Shown here: one piece after another, positions 9,624 to 20,161 of the stretch
Layout of the letters: each line of letters opens with the position of its first letter
Position numbering within the stretch: the stretch's first letter is position 1
The notes under the pieces: model-generated
The model's database searches: none
The model's input: only the letters and a program-made list of their open reading frames with translations
What the model was told of the DNA's origin: nothing
Translations under genes and position numbers: made by a program
NCBI GenBank assembly: GCA_023415795.1
Contig: JAEZJG010000010.1
Location: 10,189 to 74,188 of the forward strand
DNA: 64,000 bases
Direction: 5' to 3'
DNA from: Bacillota bacterium
GTDB lineage: Bacteria; Bacillota; Clostridia; Christensenellales; SZUA-584

Positions 9624-11231
9624 ATGTACAAGCTGTTGATAGTTGACGACGAACCTTGGCTTCGAAAAAGGTTGCTGCTCACAATAGATTGGCAGAGCAT
9701 GGGGATAACAGAACTCTTTGAGGCTGAAGACGGATTGAAAGCCTTCAATCTTGCTGTCAAACATGAACCGGACATAATAATAACGGACATCGAAATGCCG
9801 GGGCTTTCTGGTATAGACTTGATGCAGACGCTCAACGAGAGCGCGCTGTTTCCGCAGATAATACTTATAAGCGGCTATAACGAATTTGAATATGCCCGCA
9901 GCGCGGTTAAGTTCGGAGCGATCGATTATCTCTTAAAGCCCGTAGCGGAAGATGAGTTGAAGAAGACCGTCACAAAATGCATAGCCACACTTGAGCAAAA
10001 CAGATATAACAAGGAGATACGCGATCTCCTTGCCGATTCTTCCAGCCTGCTTCGCGAAAAGATATATATCGACCTTCTGCAGGGCAAGTTAGATTTCAAC
10101 AAAGTTCCTGAGGCTCGTTTAAACGAGCTCGGAGTAACTTTTTTATCGAACTCGGCAATGTGCATAATCGCTCACTCACATCCTGCCAGTCATAAGCTTT
10201 CTGAGAACAATGTTGAAGAAACGCTTGCAAATTTAACTATCAATAAAACAATAAAAGATCTTCTATCTTGTTGTTTAGTCGAGGTTCTCGACTTTTGGAT
10301 CGACGACGCAAACGTCTATCTTGTTTTCAGTGATCTATCTGAAAACGAGTTTAAAGCCTGCGTCTTAAAAGCACTGAACGACGCTAAAAAGCAGATATAC
10401 GAACTGCACTCTGATCGTATCGCTTACGGCACTGGCTCTATTGCCCACAAACTAGCCGAACTCTCGGCATCATACCGTAAAGCAAGATACAGCATCAATC
10501 TGTGCCGCTCAAAGCAGCATACGGTATACGACGAAGAGGTAGAAACTAAGACAAACGATTTTCAGATAGTTTACGATGAATACAATCTTAAATCTTTGAT
10601 AGCGAGCCTAAAGAGTGGTGATGCGGATGAGGCATCGAAGCTTCTTACAGAACTTATAAACGAGTTTCTGGATCAAACAGCGGGAACACCCTCATCGCTT
10701 CAAATTAAGTTAATGTACATCAATGTGCTAAACAGCTTGTTTAAAGGCTGCCTGCCATTCCTGCCTGTATCGGAAGATATAATTAAGATCTGTGTCGATT
10801 ATATAGATGGATCCACATCCTTCCATACCGCCGAGAAGATGCATTCTCATCTACAAAGCCTGCTTTCCATACTCACCAAGCAGTATCATGACTTCTTCGG
10901 CACCAAGCGCCATTGGCTGATTGATAAAATACTAAAATACATTGATTCGAACTACGCTTCACCACTGTCAATGAGGGATGTCGCAGCAAATTTTTATCTA
11001 AACCCGTCTTATTTCTGCAAGTTGTTTAAAGAAGAAACCGGCGTTACGTTCACAACTTATCTTATGAACAAACGCGTTGAGAATGCGAAAAGCCTGATGT
11101 CGGAAACCTCTATGAAGCTCTACGACGTAGCTTCCGCCGTAGGATACACGAACGTACAGTATTTTTCGACTGTGTTCAAGGAGGTAGAGGGCATCACGCC
11201 CTCTCAGTTCCGCTCGGGAATAGGCAACTAG
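9624..11231 (+). CDS. Response regulator with AraC-type HTH output (YesN type)
   Basis: N-terminal REC domain (LLIVDDE...IIITDIEMPG). C-terminal AraC HTH (YFCKLFKEETGVTFTTYLMNKRVENAK...GYTNVQYFSTVFK). Confidence 0.9.
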   Translation: MYKLLIVDDEPWLRKRLLLTIDWQSMGITELFEAEDGLKAFNLAVKHEPDIIITDIEMPGLSGIDLMQTLNESALFPQIILISGYNEFEYARSAVKFGAIDYLLKPVAEDELKKTVTKCIATLEQNRYNKEIRDLLADSSSLLREKIYIDLLQGKLDFNKVPEARLNELGVTFLSNSAMCIIAHSHPASHKLSENNVEETLANLTINKTIKDLLSCCLVEVLDFWIDDANVYLVFSDLSENEFKACVLKALNDAKKQIYELHSDRIAYGTGSIAHKLAELSASYRKARYSINLCRSKQHTVYDEEVETKTNDFQIVYDEYNLKSLIASLKSGDADEASKLLTELINEFLDQTAGTPSSLQIKLMYINVLNSLFKGCLPFLPVSEDIIKICVDYIDGSTSFHTAEKMHSHLQSLLSILTKQYHDFFGTKRHWLIDKILKYIDSNYASPLSMRDVAANFYLNPSYFCKLFKEETGVTFTTYLMNKRVENAKSLMSETSMKLYDVASAVGYTNVQYFSTVFKEVEGITPSQFRSGIGN

Positions 11232-11279
11232 ATATTCGGAACAAATTATTATTTTTTAGAAAGTAGGATATATACTAAA

Positions 11280-12287
11280 ATGACAGCAACAAGTTCGCAA
11301 AAAATGAAAACTGCCATGCCTCGCAATATCAAAACTTTCATCCAGGTATTTGTTGTCTTTGCGGTTATATTTACCGTCGTGATGGTTTTGCTGGCAGCAG
11401 GGGTCTTTGAGGAGAAGATTCAGCGCGGCAACACCATCGGCAACAACGGAAATTTTGGTATAGCAGTTAATACTGGTGACGAGATATACTATTCAAGCAA
11501 AGGCATATGGCGATATAATGCCGAGAGCAAAGATGATAAAATAAGCGAAGACGAAGCCTTTTACCTTAATTATCATGACGGTTGGATATATTACTCGAAC
11601 CTCAGCGATGAAGGCAAGCTTTACCGTGTGCGTACCGACGGTTCGGGCAAAGAAGCACTGAGCGATATGCGCACAGAGTCTATCGATATTGTAAACGGTA
11701 CTGTCTATTACGCGACTACAGTGCTTGGCGGCGAAGAGGAAACCCCGGCCGTCGGGATATACCGTCTAGGGCCTGAGGATGGTCCGACCAAGATCGTTTC
11801 AGTCAATGCCGAGCATATATCCATTTTGGGCGATAATATCTATTTCGTTGATAAGAATAACGGGTATAAGCTTTGCTATGTAAAAAAAGACGGTACTGGC
11901 CTGACAGTAGTAACTAACGATTTTATTCATGCATACGATGTCGCTGACGATTGGATCTACTGCGCGGGTCGCGACTCAATATATAAGATGCGCAAAGACG
12001 GATCTTCTAAAGTTCTGCTCTCAAATACAGGAGCGACCTCGATCCTTGTTGCCAGAGATACTGTCTTTTATAACTATATAAGCGTTATGGAACAGGAAGA
12101 CAGCTCATCAGCCTTTATGAGTATGCAAACCGACGGAACAGGATCCAAAAAGCTGCTTAACTCCGGTCTGCTGGCCGTTAACTATTTTGACAGCAACACT
12201 CTGCTTTGTGCCCCATATACGGCTACACCAACGCTCATTAAGTATGATATCGTAAAAGGGAGTTTAGAAGAATTAAAGCAGGATTAA
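11280..12287 (+). CDS. Membrane-anchored DUF5050-type beta-propeller protein
   Basis: One N-terminal TM helix (FIQVFVVFAVIFTVVMVLLAAGV) followed by about six repeats of (W)IYY...YR...DG(S/T)(G/S)K..L. The exact start codon is uncertain. Confidence 0.65.
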   Translation: MTATSSQKMKTAMPRNIKTFIQVFVVFAVIFTVVMVLLAAGVFEEKIQRGNTIGNNGNFGIAVNTGDEIYYSSKGIWRYNAESKDDKISEDEAFYLNYHDGWIYYSNLSDEGKLYRVRTDGSGKEALSDMRTESIDIVNGTVYYATTVLGGEEETPAVGIYRLGPEDGPTKIVSVNAEHISILGDNIYFVDKNNGYKLCYVKKDGTGLTVVTNDFIHAYDVADDWIYCAGRDSIYKMRKDGSSKVLLSNTGATSILVARDTVFYNYISVMEQEDSSSAFMSMQTDGTGSKKLLNSGLLAVNYFDSNTLLCAPYTATPTLIKYDIVKGSLEELKQD

Positions 12288-12395
12288 TCACTCCAAAAAG
12301 CAAAGCAATAGCTTTTCAGAAGCTTTGAAGCAGAACCATTGGACTATGAATCGTCACACTGCGGGGTTAAATGCAATAAGTTTCTCATCCACCAT

Positions 12396-12427
12396 GTTAT
12401 AAGGCTGGGAAGCCCCAGCCTTATAAC
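12396..12427. terminator. Perfect 14-bp hairpin between convergent genes (no clear U-tract)
   Basis: GTTATAAGGCTGGG-aagc-CCCAGCCTTATAAC. Confidence 0.45.
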
Positions 12428-12481
12428 AGCTAAAATATAAATATAGGAGGAAGTTGTCTGAAACGTATCTTATCGTGTCTC

Positions 12482-13585
12482 TTACATTGCAACGTCTTTG
12501 CTGTTACTCCTGTTTCTCAGTCTAGCCCCTTCCGGCTGTTTTAGATTTAAGCTTCCTTTTTCTCTCAACGAGAGAACAACGCTCTGGAGCAATATAAAGA
12601 AGCACAGCATAAGTCCAGTCGTAATGCTCTGCCAATAAGGCTCCCGAAGCCCCGAAGCAATAACAATATTGCTGATGGTTTTAAGTGACAATACACCAAA
12701 CAGCGTACCGACCACATTGCCGACGCCACCGGTTAACAGCGTTCCGCCAATAATAGCAGCGGCAATCGCCTGCATTTCCGCAGCAGTCGCGTTGGACGCA
12801 TTTCCTGCACCTGTATGCATAAGATATACATAACCGCCAATGCCGGCCAATAATCCGCAAAGCAAGTAAGAATAGAATTTTGTGCGTTTCACATTAATGC
12901 CAAGCATGAGAGCGCTCTGGTTGTTTCCGCCCACTGCATACAAATTGCGGCCAAAACGTGTCCATCTCAAAATGATAAATATGACAGCTACGATGGCCAG
13001 TGCAACCACCACACCCAACTCAATTTTGGCGGGAATGAAATTACCGCTCTTGCCGTAAGAACCGATACCAGGGATCACGATACGGAATTGCTTTAGCGCG
13101 ACAAATGCCTCGTGTGCCGCTGTACGCGGAACAGCGCTGACTATGGTCATCATTCCTTTAGCAAAGAACATACCCGCCAAAGAAACGATGAATGGCTGTA
13201 TCTCGAGGTATGCAATCAGCGAGCCTTGAACCATGCCAAACAACAGGCCAATACCCAACGCCAGCGCCATAGAACCCACCACACTGGCGCCTTGGTCATC
13301 CAAAAGCACCACGCACGACATTGTCACCAAAGCGGTTATTCCGCCCACTGAAATATCGATGCCCCCCGCTATCATAACAACAGTCATACCGCAGGAAATA
13401 ACAATCAAAAACGCGTTGTTGTTAAAAATATCAAGGAACTGCTGCGGGTTCAGAAAACCTCCACCCCAAACAAGCATGGCAAGTATGTACATGCCAAAAA
13501 AGGTGCAAATTGTGATGGTCAGGAGCAAATTAGTGTTTGAAATAGGCTCCCTGCGTCTTTTTAACATATCATTATTGCTTGTCAT
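12482..13585 (-). CDS. Sugar ABC transporter permease (YjfF-like)
   Basis: Polytopic membrane ORF. Start trimmed to ATG 13585 (MTSNNDML...), adjacent to the upstream permease stop at 13587. Confidence 0.8.
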   Translation of the reverse strand: MTSNNDMLKRRREPISNTNLLLTITICTFFGMYILAMLVWGGGFLNPQQFLDIFNNNAFLIVISCGMTVVMIAGGIDISVGGITALVTMSCVVLLDDQGASVVGSMALALGIGLLFGMVQGSLIAYLEIQPFIVSLAGMFFAKGMMTIVSAVPRTAAHEAFVALKQFRIVIPGIGSYGKSGNFIPAKIELGVVVALAIVAVIFIILRWTRFGRNLYAVGGNNQSALMLGINVKRTKFYSYLLCGLLAGIGGYVYLMHTGAGNASNATAAEMQAIAAAIIGGTLLTGGVGNVVGTLFGVLSLKTISNIVIASGLREPYWQSITTGLMLCFFILLQSVVLSLREKGSLNLKQPEGARLRNRSNSKDVAM

Positions 13586-13586
13586 A

Positions 13587-14648
13587 TTATGAGTTCTCCA
13601 ATACTTTCGTCGATTTTCTAAACAGCTTATCGCGCAGCTGAAGTACATGCGCCTTTACAATTGGCGAGCCCAATACCACAATGGCGATAATAACGATTGC
13701 TTTGCATGCTTTTATCGCCGTTGAGGGTACCTTCATAGCATAAAGCGTCGTCGTCAGCGTTTGAATAACATAAGCACCTATCACTGAACCACTCAGGCTA
13801 AACTTACCGCCGCTGAGCGCATTACCGCCAATAGCAACCGCCAATATAGCATCCATTTCGATATCTATAAGTATGGTTTCATGGTTGATAAGCCCTATTC
13901 GGCTGACGCCGATAGCGCCTGCAATTGCTGTGCACACACCCAGAATCATAAATGCTAACAGCTTTACCCACAGAGAGTTGATTCCGTTTAAGCGAGCCGA
14001 TTTTTCATTGATACCCACAGCCTGTGTATAGAGCCCAAGATTGGTGAATCGCAAAACGAGTGAAACCAAAATTCCAAACACGATGACAATCAAAATCGGC
14101 GTAGGTATGGGGATTCCCGGAATGAAGCCGCCGATATATCCAAGCAGCGGACTTTCGACAGTCGGCGTCGCACCACCGTTTATCCAGTACGCGACTGAGC
14201 GTCCGGCTGTAAACAGTATCAATGTCGCAATCATCGGCTGAATCCGGAAAACAGCAACCAAAGTGCCGTTAAACGCACCGAATATTATCGCAACCACACA
14301 GCTTGCTAAAAAAGCAACCAGTATAATTGGCATCGTAACTTGGTTTTCGCGGAGCACACGTACAAAAACGCTGCCCGCAATAGCCGCCGCCGCACCCACG
14401 CTGATATCCTGTCCTTTGGACGCCGCTGTTACCAGCGTCATACCAATAGCCAGAATGGCAAGCTCAGACGCACCGTTCAATATGCTGACGACATTTCCTG
14501 AGAGAACAGGATTTCCATCGTTGTTGGTTGTCACAACCAACGAGAAGAAATTTACGTCTCTGATTAGATTGAAAACGATCAGCAAAAACAGCGCAAACAG
14601 CGGAACAATTAACTGAGACCTCGCAAACTTCTTTAAACCTTTAGCCAT
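13587..14648 (-). CDS. Sugar ABC transporter permease (YtfT-like)
   Basis: 353-aa polytopic membrane ORF. It overlaps the ATPase stop by 8 nt. Confidence 0.8.
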   Translation of the reverse strand: MAKGLKKFARSQLIVPLFALFLLIVFNLIRDVNFFSLVVTTNNDGNPVLSGNVVSILNGASELAILAIGMTLVTAASKGQDISVGAAAAIAGSVFVRVLRENQVTMPIILVAFLASCVVAIIFGAFNGTLVAVFRIQPMIATLILFTAGRSVAYWINGGATPTVESPLLGYIGGFIPGIPIPTPILIVIVFGILVSLVLRFTNLGLYTQAVGINEKSARLNGINSLWVKLLAFMILGVCTAIAGAIGVSRIGLINHETILIDIEMDAILAVAIGGNALSGGKFSLSGSVIGAYVIQTLTTTLYAMKVPSTAIKACKAIVIIAIVVLGSPIVKAHVLQLRDKLFRKSTKVLENS

Positions 14649-16161
14649 TTTGTGCAGCCTCCCCCGCTATTGTGTGCATTATATTCACTTGTGTCATGTC
14701 GTCGCCCTTAAGCTCACCCACTATTTTACGATCTCGCATAACAATGAGCCGTGAACATGTGCGCAGCATCTCCTCAATTTCCGATGAAATAAACGTCACG
14801 CTCACGCCTTGTTCAGCCAGTTTGAGCACCAGCTTTTGTATTTCAACCTTGGTGCCCACATCTATGCCGCGCGTCGGTTCGTCGAGAATCAAATATTGGG
14901 GATTTGTAAGCAGCCAACGCGCCAGTATAACCTTTTGCTGATTGCCGCCCGACAAAGACCTTATAGGCGTATCCGTCGAAGCAGTTTTGATATCCAGCAG
15001 CTTTATATACTCATCTGCAAAAGCCTCCGCCTCCGACTTGGAAAACGGCTTGAAAAACCCCTTCATTACCTGCAACGCCAATATGATGTTATCGCGGACG
15101 GATAAATCATCGACGATGCCATCCTGCTTTCTGTCCTCAGGCAAATAGCCGATACCATGCTTCATCGCATCCTTGGGTTTCGATATTTTAACGGATTTTC
15201 CATTCACCTTCACCTTGCCGCTGATCACCTTATCCGCGCCAAATATAGCACGTACGCTTTCACTGCGGCCAGAGCCAAGTAGTCCTGTAAACCCATTGAC
15301 TTCACCCTTGTTAATTTGAAAGTCAAATGCCTTCGTGCCCGCTGCGCTGGATAACCCAGACGCCTCGAATACGGGCTCGTTGTCCGCCTGTGCCTGCGAT
15401 GCCTTTCTGTTTTCCAACTCAGAAATATCGTCCAGCTCTTTACCCATCATCTTTGAGATGAGCTGTACACGCGGCAGATCCTTTGTTTCGTATTCGCCGA
15501 CAAACTCGCCGTTCCTCAAAACGGTGATTCTGTCGCACACCTCGTACACCTGCTCCAGGAAGTGCGTTATGAAAATGATGCCAACGCCTCTGGACTTAAG
15601 CTCGCGCATCAGCGAGAACAGCTTTTCAACCTCGTGTTCATCCAGAGAAGAGGTTGGCTCGTCCAGAATCAGCACCTTGCAATCCATATCCACGGCACGC
15701 GCGATGGCAACCATTTGCTGCACAGCCAGCGAACAGGTGGCCAGCTGCTGTGTTGCCCGCGCCGGTATGTTAAGTTTTCTTAATATTTCTGTTGTTTTCT
15801 TGGACATCGTCTTCCAATTGACAAATTGGTAATTACCCCGTCCGATAAACATATTCTCGGCAACTGTCAGGTTAGGGCAAAGGGTTATCTCCTGATACAC
15901 CGTACTGATGCCTAAATTCTGCGCCTCTTGGGGTGATTTTACGGAGATTTCTTTATTGATCCCTGCTAAATTGACTTCCCCTGAATCCTTGGTATATACG
16001 CCTGTGATCACCTTCACCAGGGTCGACTTGCCCGCTCCATTCTCACCCATAAGGGCATGAATTTCACCCTTACATAATGTAAAATTCACGTTATATAAGG
16101 CACGCACACCCGGGAATGACTTGCATATATTCCGCATAGATAAAACGATGTCATTTTGCAT
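14641..16161 (-). CDS. Sugar ABC transporter ATP-binding protein, duplicated NBD (YtfR-like)
   Basis: GENGAGKST and GLLGSGRSE Walker A motifs and LSGGNQQK signature. Start trimmed to ATG 16161 (MQNDIVLSMRNICKSF). Confidence 0.9.
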   Translation of the reverse strand: MQNDIVLSMRNICKSFPGVRALYNVNFTLCKGEIHALMGENGAGKSTLVKVITGVYTKDSGEVNLAGINKEISVKSPQEAQNLGISTVYQEITLCPNLTVAENMFIGRGNYQFVNWKTMSKKTTEILRKLNIPARATQQLATCSLAVQQMVAIARAVDMDCKVLILDEPTSSLDEHEVEKLFSLMRELKSRGVGIIFITHFLEQVYEVCDRITVLRNGEFVGEYETKDLPRVQLISKMMGKELDDISELENRKASQAQADNEPVFEASGLSSAAGTKAFDFQINKGEVNGFTGLLGSGRSESVRAIFGADKVISGKVKVNGKSVKISKPKDAMKHGIGYLPEDRKQDGIVDDLSVRDNIILALQVMKGFFKPFSKSEAEAFADEYIKLLDIKTASTDTPIRSLSGGNQQKVILARWLLTNPQYLILDEPTRGIDVGTKVEIQKLVLKLAEQGVSVTFISSEIEEMLRTCSRLIVMRDRKIVGELKGDDMTQVNIMHTIAGEAAQNG

Positions 16162-16292
16162 AGCTACCCATCCTTTAAGCATTTGAGAACTTCTCAAAGA
16201 TGGCAGTGCGTGCATGCAGATAATCTCCACATACACGCACCGCACATAATTGTTACGAAGTCCTATTGTAAGGTATTAGTCAGTTTATCTGA

Positions 16293-17339
16293 TTATTCGC
16301 CCAGACCAAAGGTATCGATGTCTTCCTGGGTGATTGTCGCAGCATCAAAGCCGCGCTCTTCAGAGATAACCTTCTTCTCGGCAAGCGTCTCGCCAGCTTC
16401 CAGCTTCTGAATCATATCAGCGATGACAGATGCCTGGAAGGGGCTGCACTGACCGTCATAGTTCCAGTTGCCCGCAAGCAGTTCTCTCAAAGCAAACTTG
16501 TTGCAGTCAAAGCCCATCACAACAACGTCTTTGCCAACGCCGTGGGTGATACCAGCTTCGTCCAACGCCGCAACAGCGCCCTTGGCCATACCATCGTTCT
16601 CAGCGTAGATCACGTTGAACTTCTCGCCAGAGTTGATAGCGGCTTCAACAATTTTCTTTGCTTCTAATTCATCCCATGTAGCAGTCTGCTGAACAACCTT
16701 TTTCATCGTGCCGGCGGCAAATTCAGCATCCAGAGCAGCCGTACGGCCAATCTGAGCATCGGAGCCCATAGCGCCCTGTATGTGGATCACGTTGTATTCC
16801 GGCAGTTTCTGTGCTTTGAGCCACTCCACAGCGGTGGTGCCCTGCACAGCCATGTCAGAAACGACAGCCGCTTCGTACATGCTCTCGTCAACGCTCATCA
16901 TACGGTCGAACAGGAACACTTTGATGCCCGCTTCTTTAGCGCTGGTCAGAACAGCTTCCCAACCATCGGTAGCCGCAGCCGAGATCAGCATGTAGTCTAC
17001 GCCATCCGTAATAAACTGGGCCGCTGCATTGAGCTGCTCATCGTTCTTCAGGCTGTAGAAGGTGGACACTTTGTATCCGTTCGCTTCGGTGAACACTTTT
17101 TCAAAGTCTGCTACGTTCGCAGCGCGGTATCCGGATTCAGACGGGGGATTGTTGATGATGCCAACCTTGATCAGTTCGCCGGCAGGCGCATCGGGGGCAA
17201 CGGGTGCCTCGGTGGGCGCATCAGTCGCAGCAGCGGGGGCATCCGTCGCAGCAGGTGTCTCAGTCTGAGCCGGTGCTCCGCAAGCCATCAAGCTAAATGC
17301 CATAGCAACAACCAATAAAACAACCAACAGTTTTTTCAT
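16293..17339 (-). CDS. Sugar ABC transporter substrate-binding lipoprotein (YtfQ-like)
   Basis: Lipoprotein signal MKKLLVVLLVVAMAFSLMAC, an Ala/Pro-rich linker, then a YtfQ-like core (SESGYRAANV...DGWEAVLTSAKEAGIKVFLFDR). Confidence 0.85.
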   Translation of the reverse strand: MKKLLVVLLVVAMAFSLMACGAPAQTETPAATDAPAAATDAPTEAPVAPDAPAGELIKVGIINNPPSESGYRAANVADFEKVFTEANGYKVSTFYSLKNDEQLNAAAQFITDGVDYMLISAAATDGWEAVLTSAKEAGIKVFLFDRMMSVDESMYEAAVVSDMAVQGTTAVEWLKAQKLPEYNVIHIQGAMGSDAQIGRTAALDAEFAAGTMKKVVQQTATWDELEAKKIVEAAINSGEKFNVIYAENDGMAKGAVAALDEAGITHGVGKDVVVMGFDCNKFALRELLAGNWNYDGQCSPFQASVIADMIQKLEAGETLAEKKVISEERGFDAATITQEDIDTFGLGE

Positions 17340-17681
17340 ACTAATAGTTCCTTTCCATATTTTGTGTGTCTTGTCACACATCGTTTACACTTTTGCTTAT
17401 ATCATTATAAAAATTGAAAGACAATAGACTTTGAACAACTGCGGAAGAATTCAAACAATCTCCATTAGATAGTCAATCGTTGGCATTTTCTATAGCGGAA
17501 GATAGATTCACAGGCGTAATTTTTCTAACTTTTCGGAATAAAAAAATGACCATCACTTTATGCTTAGAATGCATTTTAAAGTGTGGCCGATGATTAAAAT
17601 TGTCTTGTGCATGTACTTGTAATTTATACCCGTTATTAAGCTGTGCTAAACAATTATTTCGTGTAATCGACAGCCGGACGG

Positions 17682-18680
17682 TTAATACTTTCGCTGATCA
17701 ATAATGTCCTGCGTTATCGTAAAGCTGTCAAACTGCTTCTCCTCCACATATTGATCTTTCTTAATCGGCTCATTTCTCTCCAAACGCTTAATGACATCGT
17801 CCACATACGGTCCTTGAAGCGGGTTGCACTCCACAGTCAGCCCGATCTTCCCCTTCAGGCAATATTCAAGACCGCGCTTCGTCGCATCAAAGGAGATGAC
17901 GATGACGCCATTTTCGGTATTGCATTTTAGCCCAGCCTCTTCCATTGCGTCGATCGCCCCCAAAGCCTCTCCGTCATTCTCGCAATATACGACGTCGATA
18001 TCGCTCGTCTGCTTCAGAATGTCACCCATCACCTCATAGGCCTTTGCTCTGGTAAAATCGCCGCATTCCTGCGCAACGATATCCCAGTTGGGGTTCCGCG
18101 AGATAGCCGCCTCCAGTGCACCTGTACGCCCGATCTGGGCGGAAGAATCAATCGTCCCCTGAATGTGGACGATTCGAACGGTATCCTGTGTTCTGCCCTG
18201 CTGCCTAAGCAGCTTCTCCAGCCACGCCACTGCTTTCTCACCCTCCGCACGAAAATCAGAACCGATATAAGCAGTATACAGTTCCGGATCATCCGCCACG
18301 ATATATCTGTCGATGACGATAACCGGTATGCCGGCCTCCTTCGCCTCCTGCAAAATCGAATCCCATCCCGTCTCCACACGTGGAGAAAACACGATGTAAT
18401 CCACATCCTGCTGAATAAATGTTCTGATAGCGCGAATCTGGTTCTCTGTCTCATTGCGTGCGTCGTCATAAAGCATTTCATAGCCGTTTGCTTCGCTCAG
18501 CACTGCCTTTATGTTTTCCGTGTTCGCTACTCGCCATTCCGATTCTGCTCCCACCTGTGAAAACCCAACGACAATCAAGTTCTCGTCGGTGGGCTCAGGC
18601 TCCGAAAGCACAGGGCTGGTGCAGCCAAACAGGTTAAGCGCCAGACTAACAACAATGATAAGAAGCGCCTTCTTTTTCAT
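17682..18680 (-). CDS. Periplasmic sugar-binding lipoprotein co-encoded with the kinase/regulator pair (putative sensor partner)
   Basis: Signal MKKKALLIIVVSLALNLFGC and a YtfQ-like core (VGFSQVGAESEWRVANT...TGWDSILQEAKEAGIPVIVIDR). Its ATG overlaps the kinase stop (ATGA). Confidence 0.8.
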   Translation of the reverse strand: MKKKALLIIVVSLALNLFGCTSPVLSEPEPTDENLIVVGFSQVGAESEWRVANTENIKAVLSEANGYEMLYDDARNETENQIRAIRTFIQQDVDYIVFSPRVETGWDSILQEAKEAGIPVIVIDRYIVADDPELYTAYIGSDFRAEGEKAVAWLEKLLRQQGRTQDTVRIVHIQGTIDSSAQIGRTGALEAAISRNPNWDIVAQECGDFTRAKAYEVMGDILKQTSDIDVVYCENDGEALGAIDAMEEAGLKCNTENGVIVISFDATKRGLEYCLKGKIGLTVECNPLQGPYVDDVIKRLERNEPIKKDQYVEEKQFDSFTITQDIIDQRKY

Positions 18681-20161
18681 ATATCTAACTCCTTGCTGTA
18701 TGTCATCATCGGAATCGTAACGGTAATACGCGTACCGACGTCCGGCTCGCTTTCCAGCATTAACCCATATTCCTTACCAAAAAGTATTTGTATTCTTTGA
18801 TGCACCGTTCTTAGCCCAAACCCTTCCTTGCGCCCTTCCGCCAGATACGACCTGACCGCACTCAGACGCTCCGGTGTCATGCCGCAGCCATCGTCTACGA
18901 TCTCCAGCACAATCTTGCCGTCCTGCATCCTGCCGGTTACACGTATAGCACCCTTACGACGGCTCACCTTTATACCGTGATAAAGCGCATTTTCCACCAG
19001 CGGCTGCAAGGTAAGCTTGGGCAAAACATATTCCTTTAGCTCCTCAGGAATGGTGATCTCATAATCCATAAGGTCTCGGTAGCGCATCTGCTGTATCATC
19101 AAGTAGCTGCGTATATGCTGTTCCTCCTCCGCCAGCGTGATCACCGTCTTGCCGCGGCTCAGAGAGAAACGGAAATAGTTCGATAAGCTGTCAATCATCG
19201 TCACCGCCGAGTTTACCTCCGACGATTCGATCAGCCAAATGATGGTGTCGAGCGTGTTGTACAAAAAGTGCGGGTTTATCTGTGCCTGAAGCAGTGCGAG
19301 CTCCGTCCCGCGACGCTGCTTCTCCTGTTCGGCATTCATTTCAATCTGCCGCTTTAAGCGTCCGACCATGCTCTCAATGCCGTTTGACAGTATCTGAACC
19401 TCTTCCACATCCGCCTGAATCGGCTCGCAAACAAGCAGGCTGCCCTTGCCAATGTCCTCAAGGCGATGGCAAATCTCATCAATGGGTTCTACGATTCTGT
19501 GGCTGAGTTTGCGTGAGTATATCAGCAAAATGTACAACAGCACCATAGACGCCAGCACAATGATGCCCATCAGCAGTATCATATTTGCGATCATGGAGGT
19601 CTGCAAAGCGTTCAGGTGCGCCGCTTCGTAATACAAATAGGTATTCACATACTCGCGGATCAGCTCCGTCATCCCGTAAATATCTGTCTTAAGCTGATCC
19701 ATCCTGGCGTCATACCCCGTGGTATCGGCAATTTGGCGCATCTTGTCCTTTAAGTTGTGGCACATATTAAGCACGCTGTTGATGGCGCGCAGGCTGTCCT
19801 TTTCCGTGGTCGTATTAATCAATGTGAGTGCAATCTGTTCCGCAGACGACACCTCTTCCAAAGGCAGACCCTCGGAATACTGGCTGTCGATCACAAAATA
19901 GTACATTTTCAGATCAACATCATATTTAAAGTTTTGGTTAAAATATGACGCCGTGGTCACATTGTTCAGAATCGCGCGGTACTGAAGCGCATAGACGATT
20001 CCGATAACGGCAATAGCGATGATAACCAGCATCAGCGGAAGCGTGACGATCAAAATCATCTTCCAGATTTGCTTGTGCATCGTTTTCTTTTGGTCCTTTA
20101 GCGTCTGCTCGTTGTTTGTATTCAAAGCTTTACACCTCTGCGGTATTCGCTTGGCGTGCAT
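18677..20161 (-). CDS. Sensor histidine kinase, LytS/YesM type
   Basis: Two TM helices, HAMP, QINPHFLYNTL motif and DDGCGM ATPase motif. The start is either 20161 (40-nt overlap with the regulator gene) or ATG 20080. Confidence 0.85.
   Translation of the reverse strand: MHAKRIPQRCKALNTNNEQTLKDQKKTMHKQIWKMILIVTLPLMLVIIAIAVIGIVYALQYRAILNNVTTASYFNQNFKYDVDLKMYYFVIDSQYSEGLPLEEVSSAEQIALTLINTTTEKDSLRAINSVLNMCHNLKDKMRQIADTTGYDARMDQLKTDIYGMTELIREYVNTYLYYEAAHLNALQTSMIANMILLMGIIVLASMVLLYILLIYSRKLSHRIVEPIDEICHRLEDIGKGSLLVCEPIQADVEEVQILSNGIESMVGRLKRQIEMNAEQEKQRRGTELALLQAQINPHFLYNTLDTIIWLIESSEVNSAVTMIDSLSNYFRFSLSRGKTVITLAEEEQHIRSYLMIQQMRYRDLMDYEITIPEELKEYVLPKLTLQPLVENALYHGIKVSRRKGAIRVTGRMQDGKIVLEIVDDGCGMTPERLSAVRSYLAEGRKEGFGLRTVHQRIQILFGKEYGLMLESEPDVGTRITVTIPMMTYSKELDI

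Noticed and set aside
7563-12481. The AT-rich segment as an insertion sequence, ICE or prophage remnant.
   Set aside because: I saw no transposase, integrase, recombinase or phage-like ORF. I saw no flanking inverted or direct repeats and no tRNA target. Only the compositional skew supports a foreign origin.
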